From: Flavobacteriaceae bacterium
GTDB taxonomy: Bacteria > Bacteroidota > Bacteroidia > Flavobacteriales > Flavobacteriaceae
Length of the DNA stretch: 64,000 nt
Assembly (NCBI GenBank): GCA_947457105.1
Contig: CANGUP010000001.1
Coordinates: 3,878-67,877, forward strand
Reading direction: 5' to 3'
The notes beneath the pieces were generated by a model. It was not told the DNA's origin. It saw only the letters and a list, made by a program, of their open reading frames with translations, and ran no database searches. The position numbers were made by a program, and so were the translations under genes. Below, piece by piece: positions 21,385-29,770 of this stretch (position 1 is its first letter; every line of letters begins with the position of its first letter).

Positions 21385-21993
21385 TTAGACTAAGCGTTGG
21401 TTGATTACGGCACGAACTACATCGATAGCAACGGTATTGTATTTGTCGTTTGGAATGATGATGTCTGCAAATGCTTTTGTTGGTTCGATGAACTGTTGGT
21501 GCATTGGTTTTAGTGTCGTTTGGTAACGGTTTAAAACTTCTTCCATGTCACGACCACGCTCGGCAATATCGCGTTTTAAACGACGAATTAAACGCTCGTC
21601 TGAATCGGCGTGAACGAAAACTTTTACGTCAAACATTTCGCGAAGTTCTGGATTGGTTAGAATAAGAATTCCTTCAACAATCATTACTTTTCTTGGATGT
21701 GTTGAAATGGTATCGTCGGTTCTGTTGTGTGTTACGAAAGAATATACAGGTTGATCGATAGTTTTTCCGGCTTTTAACTCTTTTAAATGTTGTACTAGAA
21801 GTTCAAAATCGATAGCACGTGGATGGTCAAAATTGATGTTGCTTCTTTCTTCATAACTCATGCCTACATTTTGTTTGTAGTAAGAGTCTTGAGAAATAAT
21901 TCCGACTTCAGTTTCTGGAAGTTCGTTCATAATTTGGTGAACAACAGTTGTTTTTCCTGAACCTGTTCCGCCTGCAATTCCGATGATAAGCAT
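21385..21993 (-). CDS. udk: uridine kinase
   Basis: 202 aa. Walker A GIAGGTGSGKTT. DHPRAIDF and RRLKRDI motifs. Confidence 0.92.
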   Translation of the reverse strand: MLIIGIAGGTGSGKTTVVHQIMNELPETEVGIISQDSYYKQNVGMSYEERSNINFDHPRAIDFELLVQHLKELKAGKTIDQPVYSFVTHNRTDDTISTHPRKVMIVEGILILTNPELREMFDVKVFVHADSDERLIRRLKRDIAERGRDMEEVLNRYQTTLKPMHQQFIEPTKAFADIIIPNDKYNTVAIDVVRAVINQRLV

Positions 21994-22020
21994 AGTTGTG
22001 TTGTTGTGTTATTATTTGGA

Positions 22021-22048
22021 CAAAAATAGCATAAAAAATCAATATCAA
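22021..22048 (-). promoter_or_regulatory. candidate Bacteroidota sigma-A promoter for udk (TTG-N17-TATTTTTG)
   Basis: On the minus strand, TATTTTTG lies at 22028-22021 and TTG at 22048-22046. The -7 box is 27 nt upstream of the ATG. Confidence 0.45.
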
Positions 22049-22222
22049 TTGCAATTTTTAGTTCAAATTATATTTGATTAAAACTTAAAATTTTAATGAA
22101 CTTGAGGTTCCTTTTTCTTATTTGTATTGCAGTTGTAGGTTTTTATTTAACATAAGATTATAGGTTACTTGTGTTTTTATTTTGAATGTTTCCAATACTT
22201 TTATGAAGTATAACAGAACCTT

Positions 22223-22960
22223 ATGAAGATAAACTACTTTTTTATTTTACTTTTTTTTATTCAAAATGTTTGTGCTCAAACCGAGAAAGTGATTTCAGGA
22301 AAAGTTGTAAACGACAATTTTGCTATGGCTAAAGTTGACGTTATTAATTTTACACAAAACACGCTTGTTGTAACTAATAACAATGGCGAGTTTAAAATTA
22401 AAGTCGCTGTTGGTGATAAAATTCTAATTTTTGTAAACGAATTTAATAACTATAAATTAATTATCACTCAGAAAGACATAGATGCTAATTGGCTACAGAT
22501 TAATTTATCTAAAATGCCAATTGAACTTGATGAAGTTAAAGTTGCTAATAAATTTAAGTATAAAAATATAGTAAGTCAGGAGGATATTGATAAGATTACC
22601 GTTGCTAAAGAAGCTTCAGCTCCAAAAGTAGTTGGCGTTTATGACGGAAGGACTCCCAATGGACTAGATTTTGTTAGAATGGGTAAAGGAGTATCAAAGT
22701 TTGTGAAAAGTCTTTTTGGAGATGATGATGAAGATAAAAAGAATGAAAAAGTTCGTTTTAACGATTATTTGGAGTCTAATTTTGACAAAGATTTTTATGT
22801 TAAAACTTTAAAATTAAAAGAAGAAGATATAACTATATTCAAAGAATACTGTGGCGTGGATGTGCAATCTTCGGTTTTAATGAAAGAAATGGAATACCTT
22901 AGAATTTATGAATTTCTTATCGCCAAAAGTGATGCTTTTAAAAAAATGCGTAACTATTAA
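22223..22960 (+). CDS. secreted protein with a carboxypeptidase-regulatory-like N-terminal domain
   Basis: 245 aa, signal peptide. KVISGKVVNDNF...VTNNNGEFKIKVAVGDKILI resembles the CarboxypepD_reg fold. Confidence 0.65.
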   Translation: MKINYFFILLFFIQNVCAQTEKVISGKVVNDNFAMAKVDVINFTQNTLVVTNNNGEFKIKVAVGDKILIFVNEFNNYKLIITQKDIDANWLQINLSKMPIELDEVKVANKFKYKNIVSQEDIDKITVAKEASAPKVVGVYDGRTPNGLDFVRMGKGVSKFVKSLFGDDDEDKKNEKVRFNDYLESNFDKDFYVKTLKLKEEDITIFKEYCGVDVQSSVLMKEMEYLRIYEFLIAKSDAFKKMRNY

Positions 22961-22961
22961 T

Positions 22962-23732
22962 TTAAAACTTCTCAAAAACTCCCAAACCAAATAATGCAAA
23001 ATCATATTTTACAGGATCATTTGCATCTAATTTTCTAAGGCTGGAGTCTAATTCTGAAAGTGCTTTTGCATCGTTTTGTTTTCTAGAAAGTAATTCTAAT
23101 TTTCGAGCTACATTTCCTGAATGAACATCCAATGGACAAGATAATGCGGAAGTCGGAATGGTTTTCCAAATTCCAAAATCAACTCCTTTTTTATCGTTTC
23201 GAACCATCCAACGAAGAAACATATTGATTCTTTTGGCAGCCGAATTATTTAAAGGATCAGAAATATGTTTTTGAGTGCGATTTTGATGATTGATTTCGAA
23301 AAATATTTTTTTAAATTCGGAAATACTTTTTTGCATGGAATCTTTCTCAATGTTTTTTGAAAAAACAGCTTCCAAACCATTATGATTGGTGTAAATATTT
23401 TGTAAACCTTTTACAAACGTAATCATATCGCCACCATTGAAAGTGCGATGAACGAAATTCTCTAATTTTTCGAGCTGGTAATCTTGATGGTTTAGTACAA
23501 AATCGTATGGTGAATTTCCCATGAAATCCATCATTTTTTTTGCATTATTGATTATCATTTTACGGTTTCCCCAAGCAATTGTTGCTGATAAAAATCCTGC
23601 AATTTCAATGTCTTCTTTCAAAGAAAAAGCATGCGGAATTTGTATCGGATCACTTTCAATAAACTTCGGATTGTTGTATAATTCTACTTTCTCGTCAAGG
23701 AAGGATTTTAATTCGGAATTAGTCATTTTCAT
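22962..23732 (-). CDS. TIGR02757 (DUF2400) family protein
   Basis: 256 aa. Family recognised from memory (FLSATIAWGNRKMII, PLDVHSGNVARKL). Its start overlaps the upstream gene's end by 14 nt. Confidence 0.75.
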   Translation of the reverse strand: MKMTNSELKSFLDEKVELYNNPKFIESDPIQIPHAFSLKEDIEIAGFLSATIAWGNRKMIINNAKKMMDFMGNSPYDFVLNHQDYQLEKLENFVHRTFNGGDMITFVKGLQNIYTNHNGLEAVFSKNIEKDSMQKSISEFKKIFFEINHQNRTQKHISDPLNNSAAKRINMFLRWMVRNDKKGVDFGIWKTIPTSALSCPLDVHSGNVARKLELLSRKQNDAKALSELDSSLRKLDANDPVKYDFALFGLGVFEKF

Positions 23733-25419
23733 TGATTTTTTTTGCGTAAAATCCGTCTTTTAAATCTTTGGTTCTCTGTTGTGGAATGATATAAAAGTAT
23801 TTTTTGAAATAAGCAATTTGGTCTTTATTTACGCAAGGAAGTGCTCCGTTTCCGCTTGCCCAAAAGAAATCGTTTTGGATAGGTGAGTTATATTTTAAAT
23901 TTTCTAGTTGAATGACTTCAAATGCGGTGTTGTTTTTAGTGTTTTCATGAGGAAAAACTATGTTTTCTGTTGAAAAATTACTTAGTTCCATCATGAATTT
24001 GTAATTTGAAAAACGGTTTAAATTGATAGGAAGAAATAGAATTAATAGTGTTGGAACTAACGAAAGCAATAAAACAGTATTGATTATTCTTTTATTTTGA
24101 AACAAACAAATGAAGCAAAATAACGAAAAGAATAAGATAAAATTCATGAAAAATCGATATTGAGGCGATGTTGCGAAAAGGATGATTAATTGCAAAACCA
24201 TCAAAATATAAAGTATCCAAACTGCTTTCTTGTTTTGAAATTTATAGATAAAAAAGGGTGTAATTATAATTAGTAAAATACTCAATTTATTGAACAATCC
24301 ATTTAGTTTTGGAAGTGATAACCATCTTAAAAATAAATCGAAAGCCGACATAGAATTGTATTGTTGCAAATCAACGAAGTAACCATAATATTTAAGTTGG
24401 TCGTAATAAAAACTTTCAATGCTATCTGGAATGGAGTAATCCATTGTTAAGGATGAAAATAATTTGGATGGAAAAACTGGCGAACCACAAATAATCATGT
24501 TTTTCGTTACAAAAAGTGCTAATACGATGCTAGCCAATAGAAACGACTTTGATAAGTTTTTAGAAAGAATTTTGAAGTTTTGAACCAATAATACAATTGG
24601 AATTAGTACAAAAGTTAAAGTGGTATTTTTTATGTAAAGTGTAAAAAGTATCAGAATTACAATCAAATTAAAAACTTCAACAGTACATTTTTTAAAATTT
24701 TCTAAAAAGTAAAAAAAGATGATAAAGGATAAAACATAAACAGGAATATCAGGAGATGGCGCGCTAATAAATTGAAAAAGGAAAATACTCGTTATCGGAA
24801 ATAATCCTATTAAAAGGTAGTTGGAGTTTTTATTTTGGTAAAATTCTTGAAGTTTTTGGATAGAAAAAATGGTTCCCAAAAGCATTACAAATCCACTTAA
24901 ATCATTGAAATTGGAATACAGAAACGAAAAATTAAAAACACTTTGTGTGATGTGCCAACCACTCGTTTGACCAAGAAAAAAATGCAAATTCACAATTCCT
25001 TTTACAAATCCGTATTCGTTAATCCATTTGATGGTTTGAATGTAATAAGATTCATTATCAATTACATATGGAATGGAACTGCATTGCGCAACAATCATTA
25101 AAGTAATTGTGAATAAAAAGAATTTTAGCGTTTTTGATAGTGATTGTAGTTCAATCCAAAAGCTTTTATAGTTTTCAATAATCTCTTTTTGGAATTTGAA
25201 AAAGAGTAAAAGATTTAGAATTAAGAGAAATCCATGAAATTCAATATTGATTCTACCAAAAATTGCCCAAACGCTCGCAAGAATAGTAACAGAAAACAAT
25301 CCTAAAATGGATGTAATTGCGAAATTTTTATTTTTCAATCCAATATATCTATCAAAACCAAAACCAAGATTGATTGTGGTGAAGAGAATATAAATCCATG
25401 ATAGAAGTATTAGAAGCAT
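23719..25419 (-). CDS. hypothetical polytopic membrane protein (about 12-14 TM helices)
   Basis: 566 aa, almost entirely hydrophobic helices. No catalytic motif recognised. Confidence 0.65.
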   Translation of the reverse strand: MLLILLSWIYILFTTINLGFGFDRYIGLKNKNFAITSILGLFSVTILASVWAIFGRINIEFHGFLLILNLLLFFKFQKEIIENYKSFWIELQSLSKTLKFFLFTITLMIVAQCSSIPYVIDNESYYIQTIKWINEYGFVKGIVNLHFFLGQTSGWHITQSVFNFSFLYSNFNDLSGFVMLLGTIFSIQKLQEFYQNKNSNYLLIGLFPITSIFLFQFISAPSPDIPVYVLSFIIFFYFLENFKKCTVEVFNLIVILILFTLYIKNTTLTFVLIPIVLLVQNFKILSKNLSKSFLLASIVLALFVTKNMIICGSPVFPSKLFSSLTMDYSIPDSIESFYYDQLKYYGYFVDLQQYNSMSAFDLFLRWLSLPKLNGLFNKLSILLIIITPFFIYKFQNKKAVWILYILMVLQLIILFATSPQYRFFMNFILFFSLFCFICLFQNKRIINTVLLLSLVPTLLILFLPINLNRFSNYKFMMELSNFSTENIVFPHENTKNNTAFEVIQLENLKYNSPIQNDFFWASGNGALPCVNKDQIAYFKKYFYIIPQQRTKDLKDGFYAKKINEND

Positions 25420-25452
25420 TTATTACAAATATTTTAGAAAAAATTTATGTAG

Positions 25453-25761
25453 TTACCTATATTGTATTGATAAATTATAAAGATGATAAATATTATTTGT
25501 ATTAAGATGTATCTGTTTTTTTTTTTTTTCAATATCCTTAGTTTTGAGAGACAAAAATATCATATATAAATTGAAAACTATAGGTGTTATAATTATAAAC
25601 CATGTTCCAATATTATTTGCAAACTGGGCATTAGAACTAATTGAACCAGCACCTGAACCGAAATATAAAAACAAATAAATACCAAAAATAAAAAACATCA
25701 TAAAGAAATATATAATTTCAATGCTCAATACTTTCAATATAAAAAAAATATTTCTTTTCAT
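25453..25761 (-). CDS. hypothetical small membrane protein (3 TM), contains an A14 tract
   Basis: 102 aa ORF between lolD and the large membrane protein. Its C-terminal part includes EKKKKQ, encoded by A14 (25516-25529). Confidence 0.45.
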   Translation of the reverse strand: MKRNIFFILKVLSIEIIYFFMMFFIFGIYLFLYFGSGAGSISSNAQFANNIGTWFIIITPIVFNLYMIFLSLKTKDIEKKKKQIHLNTNNIYHLYNLSIQYR

Positions 25762-25768
25762 TAAATTT

Positions 25769-26431
25769 TTATTTTGAAATCAATCCATCAACCATGACTA
25801 ATTTTCGGTCTGCCATGTTGGCTAATTCTTCGTTGTGGGTTACAATTACGAAGGTTTGTCCAAATTCGTCACGAAGTTTGAAAAACAATTGATGTAAATT
25901 TTCTGCCGAAGCCGTATCTAAATTTCCTGAAGGTTCATCGGCAAAAATAACCGCTGGTTTGTTGATTAAAGCTCTTGCAACAGCTACTCTTTGTTGTTCA
26001 CCACCAGAAAGTTCGTTGGGTTTGTGATCAATTCTGTGTGATAATCCTAAATATTCTAATAATCTTTTGGCTTCTGTTTCGGTTTCTTTTTTTTCTTTGC
26101 CACCAATGAATGCAGGAATACATACATTTTCTAAAGCTGTAAATTCAGGTAATAACTGATGAAATTGAAAAATAAATCCCAAATGTTGGTTCCTGAATTT
26201 AGATAACAATTTATCATTCATCTTTAAAATGTCTTCCTCATTTATAGTTAATGAAGTTCCATTTTCAACAGAAGGTTTGTCTAACGTTCCTAGGATTTGC
26301 AATAGCGTTGTTTTTCCTGCACCTGATGCACCTACAATGGATACAATTTCACCTTTTTTTATATGTAAATCAACACCTTTTAAGACTTGTAAACTATCAT
26401 AAAACTTGTGAATATTTTTGGCTGTAATCAT
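25769..26431 (-). CDS. ABC transporter ATP-binding protein (LolD-like)
   Basis: 220 aa. Walker [10 protein letters not shown], signature LSGGEQQR, Walker [12 protein letters not shown]. Confidence 0.88.
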   Translation of the reverse strand: MITAKNIHKFYDSLQVLKGVDLHIKKGEIVSIVGASGAGKTTLLQILGTLDKPSVENGTSLTINEEDILKMNDKLLSKFRNQHLGFIFQFHQLLPEFTALENVCIPAFIGGKEKKETETEAKRLLEYLGLSHRIDHKPNELSGGEQQRVAVARALINKPAVIFADEPSGNLDTASAENLHQLFFKLRDEFGQTFVIVTHNEELANMADRKLVMVDGLISK

Positions 26432-26588
26432 GCTTCAATTTTTCACAAAGTAACAAAGTATTTTATAAAAAATGAGTGATATAGATTTTTTTTATCGTTG
26501 AATAAATAATAAATAAAAGTTAAAGAAAACTTTTTGTTTAAAATTATTGTAAATTTGTTAAACAAAATAAACCCAAAATAAAATAGCC

Positions 26589-27260
26589 ATGAACACATTA
26601 ATTGAAAAAGAAATTTACGAATTGATTGGCGATAATCATCAGATGACATCCGCAGAAACACCTTTGCGTCCTGATGCATTTGACAAATCGGATGCTGACA
26701 AAATGCAAACCATAGAAAAGCATTTCCATATAATCATGGAAGAAATGGGATTAGACATGACTGATGATAGTCTTCAAGGAACACCTCATAGAGTTGCTAA
26801 AATGTTTATTCAAGAAATATTTTCTGGATTAAATCCAGCGAATAAACCAAAAATATCTGTTTTTGACAACAGTTATAATTATGACAAGATGTTGGTGGAA
26901 GCTAATATCAGTTTCAACTCAACTTGCGAGCACCATTTTTTACCAATAGTTGGAAAAGCACACATTGGATATGTTTCTAGCGGAAAAGTTATTGGATTGT
27001 CAAAATTGAATAGGATAGTAGATTATTATTCTCGTCGTCCGCAAGTGCAAGAGCGTTTGATTATGCAGATTTTTAACGAATTGAAAACAGTTTTAGAAAC
27101 GGATAATGTAATTGTTGTGATGGAAGCTACACATTTATGTGTTTCAAGTCGCGGAATTAAAGACGAATCGAGTTATACTTCAACCATTCAATATGGTGGA
27201 ATTTTCAATGAAAAAGAAAACAGAAACGACTTTTTCAATATGATTAATCAGCCTAAATAG
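26589..27260 (+). CDS. folE: GTP cyclohydrolase I
   Basis: 223 aa. CEHHFLP active-site motif and RRPQVQERL. Confidence 0.93.
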   Translation: MNTLIEKEIYELIGDNHQMTSAETPLRPDAFDKSDADKMQTIEKHFHIIMEEMGLDMTDDSLQGTPHRVAKMFIQEIFSGLNPANKPKISVFDNSYNYDKMLVEANISFNSTCEHHFLPIVGKAHIGYVSSGKVIGLSKLNRIVDYYSRRPQVQERLIMQIFNELKTVLETDNVIVVMEATHLCVSSRGIKDESSYTSTIQYGGIFNEKENRNDFFNMINQPK

Positions 27261-27274
27261 TTTGGCATTAGATT

Positions 27275-27321
27275 TGTAATATCATTTCCAAATTATAATT
27301 TAAATTAGAAATGATATTACA
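27275..27321 (+). promoter_or_regulatory. perfect 14-bp inverted repeat whose 3' arm contains the ATG of the 27311 ORF
   Basis: TGTAATATCATTTC (27275-27288) pairs with GAAATGATATTACA (27308-27321), 19-nt loop. The ATG is at 27311-27313. Confidence 0.55.
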
Positions 27322-27610
27322 ATCGGATGCATTGACCAACTTAAGTAATAAACAAAGAAATTTATTTTTAGGTATTTTTCTAGATTTGGTTGGTATGTTA
27401 ACCTATTTAGTTCCAGTTTTTGGAGAACTTGCAGATACCATTTGGGCACCATTAGCTGCTTTTATGTTATCTTATATGTATAAAGGTTCCATTGGTAAAG
27501 TAGGTGGGATAATCGAGTTTTTAGAAGAGATATTACCTTTTAGTGATTTTATTCCAACATTTACGCTGACATGGATTTACACTTTTGTAATTAAAAAATC
27601 GAGAGGATAA
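27311..27610 (+). CDS. hypothetical small membrane protein
   Basis: 99 aa, two or three hydrophobic helices, downstream of folE. Confidence 0.6.
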   Translation: MILQSDALTNLSNKQRNLFLGIFLDLVGMLTYLVPVFGELADTIWAPLAAFMLSYMYKGSIGKVGGIIEFLEEILPFSDFIPTFTLTWIYTFVIKKSRG

Positions 27611-27616
27611 TAATTT

Positions 27617-27643
27617 AAAGGAACTTCAATAGTTCCTTTTTTT
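27617..27643. terminator. bidirectional hairpin terminator between convergent genes
   Basis: AAAGGAAC (27617-27624) pairs with GTTCCTTT (27632-27639), followed by a T-run to 27643. Confidence 0.65.
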
Positions 27644-27956
27644 ATTTCTCAAAAAAATCGGCGATAAATCCAAGTTTCATGCTTCGAAGCATTTTCTTTT
27701 CAAAAGCCCAAAAGAATTTGAATTGACCGAACAAGAATCCGAAACTTACTAGAAGAACTTGGTAAACCGGAAAAATCATTACAATGTATAATGGATAATA
27801 AAGCCACAAAGATATGATGTCTTTTGTAATTCCGAAAAGAGCTAATATAGGTTTTGCGATAAGTGCCGAAGTAGAACCTGTAACTGCAAATACAACAAGT
27901 ATAATAACTACTTGCCAATCTGATGTAATGTTCCAACGTTCTTTAAAGCTTCCCAT
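27642..27956 (-). CDS. small membrane protein (DUF6787-like)
   Basis: 104 aa. N-terminus MGSFKERWNITSDWQVVIILVVFAVTGS resembles the DUF6787 family as I recall it. Confidence 0.65.
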   Translation of the reverse strand: MGSFKERWNITSDWQVVIILVVFAVTGSTSALIAKPILALFGITKDIISLWLYYPLYIVMIFPVYQVLLVSFGFLFGQFKFFWAFEKKMLRSMKLGFIADFFEK

Positions 27957-27986
27957 TTTCTAAAATAAAGTGCAAATTTACTCAAT

Positions 27987-28414
27987 TTATGGACGTGGTA
28001 CAAATCCGGCGAGTAGTTGTTTGTATGTTATTTGAAAATAAATGAAATAATTATAAATCAAGTAGTTTACTTCATAACCATATTTGGTATAATGATCATA
28101 ATTGATTTGAATTTCGTATAAATTTGGATTGTATTGCTGAGGTAAAATTACTCTTCGATTCCATTCAGAAACATAAACCTTATTTCTAGTTTCTAGATAA
28201 TTTTCTGTCTAAAAACCTCTTGGTTTTGCAATACTATTCAACCACGAAGTAAATCCACATCAATAATTATTACTTCATATTCTAAGGAATCATTAGCAAT
28301 TCTAATAGTGTCTGATGTTTTTGTAGAATTTTCATTATTTTTTGAAATAGATTATTTGTTAAGAGCATCCAATTATAAAAAAAGTATAATAAAAACGTAA
28401 ATTAGGTTTTTCAT
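27987..28414 (-). pseudogene. decayed lipoprotein gene (DUF6146-like)
   Basis: From the ATG at 28414 the frame reads MKNLIYVFIILFL, then TAA (28375-28373) and a second in-frame TAA 7 codons later. SISKNNENSTKTSDTIRIANDSLEYEVIIIDV follows. A 1-nt frameshift leads to GFTSWLNSIAKPRGF, then an in-frame TAG. The rest is an intact tail, ENYLETRNKVYVSEWNRRVILPQQYNPNLYEIQINYDHYTKYGYEVNYLIYNYFIYFQITYKQLLAGFVPRP. Confidence 0.7.
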
Positions 28415-28499
28415 AAAATATTTTTTATTAAGTTACTAAAATTCAATCTATTGTTATTTGAATTATAACTGTTTCAACAAAAAAAGTACTTCAATATTG

Positions 28500-28727
28500 G
28501 AGGGCACTGAAAAAGAATACTGAAATTAATGTAGGAAACGCAATCTGCTCTGGTATTTTACAAAATCAACTTGTAAAAGCAAAAAAAAACTTATACAACC
28601 AACAATAAAAAACAGTTGCAAAAAGCAAAACTCTTATAAAAGATGTTTAAAATCCTGTTACAAGCGTTTTTTTATTGTCAAAAAAAAACAGTGCTAATCA
28701 GAAAAAGTGGTGTTTTTTAGTGCCCTC
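28500..28727. repeat. 228-nt A-rich unit closed by a 15-bp inverted repeat (candidate structured sRNA or MITE)
   Basis: GAGGGCACTGAAAAA (28500-28514) is complementary to TTTTTTAGTGCCCTC (28713-28727): 14 Watson-Crick pairs plus 1 G-T pair. Confidence 0.5.
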
Positions 28728-28785
28728 AGTTATTCTGTTGGTATTTTTTATATATTTACTTAGCCAAAACCAATAATTCAATTCT

Positions 28786-29100
28786 ATGAAAACAAAAATT
28801 TTAACAATTGCTCTTTTTACAATTGTACTTTATTCTTGCGGAGGTTCAAAATCTGTTCCACCACCACCAACAACAACTAATAAAACCCCAACAGTTGAAG
28901 CGAAGCAAGCAGATAGCGCATCTGACTTAGCTGAAGGAAAAAGTTTATACGAAAATAATTGTGCAAAATGTCATGATCTTTTTAAACCAAAAGATTTTAA
29001 TGCAGAACAATGGAAGCCAATTCTTTTAGACATGCAGAAGAAAGCTGAAATTTCAGATGAGCAAAGAGAAAAAATATATAGTTATTTAACTGCAAACTAA
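28786..29100 (+). CDS. c-type cytochrome lipoprotein
   Basis: 104 aa. Lipobox LYSCGG, PPPPTTT linker, and heme motif CAKCH. Confidence 0.8.
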   Translation: MKTKILTIALFTIVLYSCGGSKSVPPPPTTTNKTPTVEAKQADSASDLAEGKSLYENNCAKCHDLFKPKDFNAEQWKPILLDMQKKAEISDEQREKIYSYLTAN

Positions 29101-29105
29101 AAATC

Positions 29106-29129
29106 AATCCGTCTTTTGGCGGATTTTTT
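29106..29129 (+). terminator. Rho-independent terminator after the cytochrome c gene
   Basis: AATCCGTC (29106-29113) pairs with GGCGGATT (29118-29125), followed by a T-run. Confidence 0.7.
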
Positions 29130-29130
29130 A

Positions 29131-29159
29131 TTGGAATAGTTTTTGAGTTACTATCTTTG
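29131..29159 (+). promoter_or_regulatory. candidate promoter TTG-N18-TATCTTTG for the 29177 ORF
   Basis: TTG at 29131-29133 and TATCTTTG at 29152-29159. The ATG is 18 nt downstream. Confidence 0.45.
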
Positions 29160-29176
29160 AACTTTATTTAATTTCA

Positions 29177-29731
29177 ATGCGTTATTTAATTGTTTTTTTA
29201 TTGGCAACTTTTTCAATTCATGCACAAGATTTAGGTCAAGCGCAACATTGCGGCTATGATTTTACGTCTTATTTAGTTTTAGATGTTCATGAAGAAGGAG
29301 TGAAGCAAAATATTAAAGGTTTAAAATTGATATTGGTTGATTTAGAGGGAAATGAGCTGATAAATATCAACAATAAATACAGTTGGAAAGAAGAAAATAA
29401 ACCCTTAATTTTTTCTTTCAATTATAAAATTGAAGAAGAAGTAAAATCTGAAATTCCTCCCGAAAATAAAAAAGAACGTTGGTTTTTTCCTTATGCAAAA
29501 GACAATTATTTTCTGTCAATAATCAATTCTTTCCCAGCTGATGAAGTAAAAGTGAAAATTGAAGATATAGACGGTAATGAAAACGGTGGTTTATATGAAA
29601 CTCAAATCGTTGATTTAGGATTTTTTGATATGTTTGTTTTATGTACTAATCAAGCACAAGAATATGTAACTCAATTTGGAAGAAAAGCCAATAAACCTCT
29701 TGAAGTTGTCCTTAAGAAAGTAACTAAATAA
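29177..29731 (+). CDS. hypothetical secreted protein
   Basis: 184 aa. Signal peptide MRYLIVFLLATFSIHAQ. No family recognised. Confidence 0.6.
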   Translation: MRYLIVFLLATFSIHAQDLGQAQHCGYDFTSYLVLDVHEEGVKQNIKGLKLILVDLEGNELININNKYSWKEENKPLIFSFNYKIEEEVKSEIPPENKKERWFFPYAKDNYFLSIINSFPADEVKVKIEDIDGNENGGLYETQIVDLGFFDMFVLCTNQAQEYVTQFGRKANKPLEVVLKKVTK

Positions 29732-29770
29732 TATGTAATTAATTACCTAGAATGATTTCGAAAAGTAGAA

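Noticed and set aside
26443-26679. The 78-aa minus-strand ORF spanning the lolD-folE spacer and the folE start.
   Set aside because: It overlaps the folE 5' end in antisense and runs through an AT-rich promoter region. Nothing supports coding.
28645-28722. A 25-codon ORF (MFKILLQAFFYCQKKTVLIRKSGVF) inside the inverted-repeat-bounded unit.
   Set aside because: It is short, has no recognisable features, and runs through A/T homopolymers. It is more likely incidental to the A-rich element.
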